Shown here: in pieces, positions 61,794-64,000 of the stretch
Numbering within the stretch: the stretch's first letter is position 1
How the letters are laid out: every line of letters starts with the position of its first letter
Assembly (NCBI GenBank): GCA_963675245.1
Contig: OY775910.1
Span: forward strand, 1,088,001 to 1,152,000
Reading direction: 5' to 3'
DNA: 64,000 bases
Source of the DNA: Acholeplasmataceae bacterium
GTDB lineage: Bacteria > Bacillota_I > Bacilli_A > Acholeplasmatales > Acholeplasmataceae
Position numbers and translations under genes: made by a program
Notes under the pieces: generated by a model
What the model saw: only the letters and a program-made list of their open reading frames with translations
Told to the model about the DNA's origin: nothing
Databases searched by the model: none

Positions 61794-62813
61794 ATGTTTA
61801 AAAATAAAATACTATTGATAACTGGTGGAACTGGATCATTTGGAAATGCTGTTATGAGAAGATTTTTAGATTCAGAAGTAAAAGAGATTAGAATTTTTTC
61901 TAGAGACGAAAAGAAGCAAGATGATATGAGGAAACTATACAATAATGACAAATTAAAATTTTTCATTGGGGATGTACGTGATATTACTAGCATAAAAAAT
62001 GCCATGAGGAATGTTGATTTTGTTTTTCATGCTGCTGCTTTAAAACAAGTACCATCGTGTGAGTTTTTTCCTTTAGAAGCGGTGAAAACAAACATTATAG
62101 GAACTGATAATGTTCTTACTGCTGCAATTGAATTAAATGTTAAGAAAGTGATTTGTTTATCTACCGATAAAGCAGCATATCCAATTAATGCAATGGGAAT
62201 ATCGAAAGCAATGATGGAAAAAGTTTTTGTTGCAAAAGCAAAAACAGTTTTAGAGGGAGAAACCTTAATATGTGGCACACGATATGGAAATGTCATGGCT
62301 TCAAGAGGATCAGTTATTCCTTTATTTGTGAATCAAATTAAGTCGAAAAAATCATTGACAATTACCAATCCAAAAATGACTAGATTTTTAATGAGTTTAG
62401 AAGAGGCAGTAGATTTGGTAGTATTTGCTTTTCAATATGCAAAATCTGGTGATATTATGGTTCAAAAAGCTGATGCATGCACAATTGAAGATTTAGCTGA
62501 GGCAATCAAACAACTTTTTCAATCTGATGTTGGAACAAAAATTATTGGAACAAGACATGGCGAAAAATTATACGAAACATTACTTACAAAAGAAGAATTA
62601 TTAGTTGCAGAAGACAAAGGTAATTTTTTTCGTATCCCATCGGATAAGAGAACTCTAAATTATGAAAAGTATTTTGATAAGGGTAATGTTGAATTAGAAG
62701 AAAAATCTGACTATAATTCTCACAATACTAGATTGCTTTCTGTTAACGAAATCAAAGAAAAATTACTAAAACTAGAATACATACAAAATGAATTGAAGAA
62801 TTTTGGTCTATAA
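61794..62813 (+). CDS. fnlA: UDP-GlcNAc 4,6-dehydratase/5-epimerase (FnlA/CapE/WbjB)
   Basis: TGGTGSFG, SRDEKKQ, AALKQVPSCE, STDKA, MGISK, RYGNV. Confidence 0.9.
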   Translation: MFKNKILLITGGTGSFGNAVMRRFLDSEVKEIRIFSRDEKKQDDMRKLYNNDKLKFFIGDVRDITSIKNAMRNVDFVFHAAALKQVPSCEFFPLEAVKTNIIGTDNVLTAAIELNVKKVICLSTDKAAYPINAMGISKAMMEKVFVAKAKTVLEGETLICGTRYGNVMASRGSVIPLFVNQIKSKKSLTITNPKMTRFLMSLEEAVDLVVFAFQYAKSGDIMVQKADACTIEDLAEAIKQLFQSDVGTKIIGTRHGEKLYETLLTKEELLVAEDKGNFFRIPSDKRTLNYEKYFDKGNVELEEKSDYNSHNTRLLSVNEIKEKLLKLEYIQNELKNFGL

Positions 62814-62815
62814 AG

Positions 62816-63661
62816 ATGAACATACTATTGATAGACGGTAATGGAAAGACTGGTCATGTAACTAAAAAAATTATGGAGAATTCTGGAATAAATATTGATA
62901 ATTTTGATTTAAATTATGAGAATGATATTGGAACTATTCAGTTTGATGAAATAGTCAAGTATATTTTAAAAAACACTCCTGATTATGTTATTAATTTTTC
63001 TAGAGTAATTAATCAAGAGGCTGAAAGAAAAAAGTTATTGGCTATATCAGTTAACTCATTCTTTCCACATTTGTTAGAATATATCACAAAAAATATGGAT
63101 ACTAAAATTATACATATCAGTACTGATTGTGTTTTTTCAGGAAACAACGGGCCATATATTGAAACAGATACAAAAGATGGAAATAGTTTTTATGCTTTAA
63201 CAAAAAGTGTAGGTGAGTTGGAGAATGAAAAAGACCTAACGATTAGAGTATCAATTATTGGTCCTGATCCCAATCCACAAGGTACTAGACTATTTAATTG
63301 GTTTATGAATCAAAATAATGAAATATTTGGATACGGGAAAAATATGTGGAATGGTGTGACTTCTATTGAGCTGGCAAGAATATTAATTCAACTAATTGAA
63401 TATAATACAAAAGGGATAGTACATATTGCATCTAAACCAATTAGTAAACTAGGTTTATTAGAAAAATTTAATGAGTATTTTAGAAATAATTCGATTACCA
63501 TCACAAATAGCAATGAAGTTATAAGTAACAAAGTATTAATAGACACTAAATTAAGCAATAAAATTTTTGTAAAATCATACGATGATCAAATGAGTGAAAT
63601 GAAGAAGTGGATTGAAGAGAATAAGGATTTATATAAACATTACTCAAATAAAGGAGATTGA
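62816..63661 (+). CDS. RmlD-like nucleotide-sugar 4-reductase (QnlA/WbvR-like)
   Basis: NSFFPH, HISTDCVFSG, YALTK, WNGVT; no C-terminal cupin domain. Confidence 0.7.
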   Translation: MNILLIDGNGKTGHVTKKIMENSGINIDNFDLNYENDIGTIQFDEIVKYILKNTPDYVINFSRVINQEAERKKLLAISVNSFFPHLLEYITKNMDTKIIHISTDCVFSGNNGPYIETDTKDGNSFYALTKSVGELENEKDLTIRVSIIGPDPNPQGTRLFNWFMNQNNEIFGYGKNMWNGVTSIELARILIQLIEYNTKGIVHIASKPISKLGLLEKFNEYFRNNSITITNSNEVISNKVLIDTKLSNKIFVKSYDDQMSEMKKWIEENKDLYKHYSNKGD

Positions 63662-63664
63662 AAA

Positions 63665-64000
63665 ATGGGAAAATTAAAACTTATGACGGTTGTTGGAACA
63701 AGACCAGAAATCATTAAACTGTCAGAAATAATTAAGAAAGCAGATTTATATTTCGATCATATATTGGTACATACAGGTCAAAATTATGACTATACTTTAA
63801 ATCAAATATTTTTTGAGGAATTAGGTATAAGAAGCCCAGATTATTTTTTAAATGTTGTCGGAGATAATCTTGGAGAAACTATTGGAAATGTTATTTCAAA
63901 ATCATATAATATTTTAACAGAGTTGAAACCAGATGCTATACTTGTTTTAGGAGATACAAATTCTTGTTTGAGTGTTATTTCAGCAAAAAGACTAAAAATA
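63665..64000 (+). CDS. UDP-HexNAc 2-epimerase (FnlC/CapG/WbjD-like), 3'-truncated
   Basis: Not in ORF track; read directly as MGKLKLMTVVGTRPEIIKL...HTGQNYD...LGDTNS after AGGAG RBS. Confidence 0.88.
   Translation, partial: MGKLKLMTVVGTRPEIIKLSEIIKKADLYFDHILVHTGQNYDYTLNQIFFEELGIRSPDYFLNVVGDNLGETIGNVISKSYNILTELKPDAILVLGDTNSCLSVISAKRLKI

Overview
Low-GC chromosomal window read with genetic code 11. The gene content (InlB-B/RCC1 lipoproteins and similar) is suggestive of an Acholeplasmatales/Izemoplasmatales-like member of Bacillota, which is an inference. In order it contains: a DJ-1/PfpI gene and a four-tRNA operon (Glu, Arg, Pro, Gly); an apparent tandem array of 3-4 integrase-less cassettes anchored on the tRNA-Gly CCA end (1615-~7450); a c-di-GMP-I riboswitch leading a large surface protein with a 1566-bp near-exact tandem duplication; oxidoreductase/CPBP genes; two AAA-ATPase + TOPRIM-like pairs (candidate defence systems); a DUF5058/M20 peptidase operon; an InlB/RCC1 lipoprotein; a glycoside hydrolase / degenerate ODP-GGDEF-REC / HEAT-GT2 polysaccharide operon; an AbiF/Abi_2 HEPN gene flanked by candidate small RNAs; gltB without an adjacent gltD; a class V aminotransferase and a SerA-TIM-barrel fusion; two tandem tyrosine recombinases; and a large Wzx/Wzy polysaccharide locus (rml, CDP-glycerol transferase, fnlA/qnl-like genes) running off the right edge. 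The most striking unexplained structure is the tRNA-anchored cassette array, whose repeated junctions decay with distance from the tRNA.
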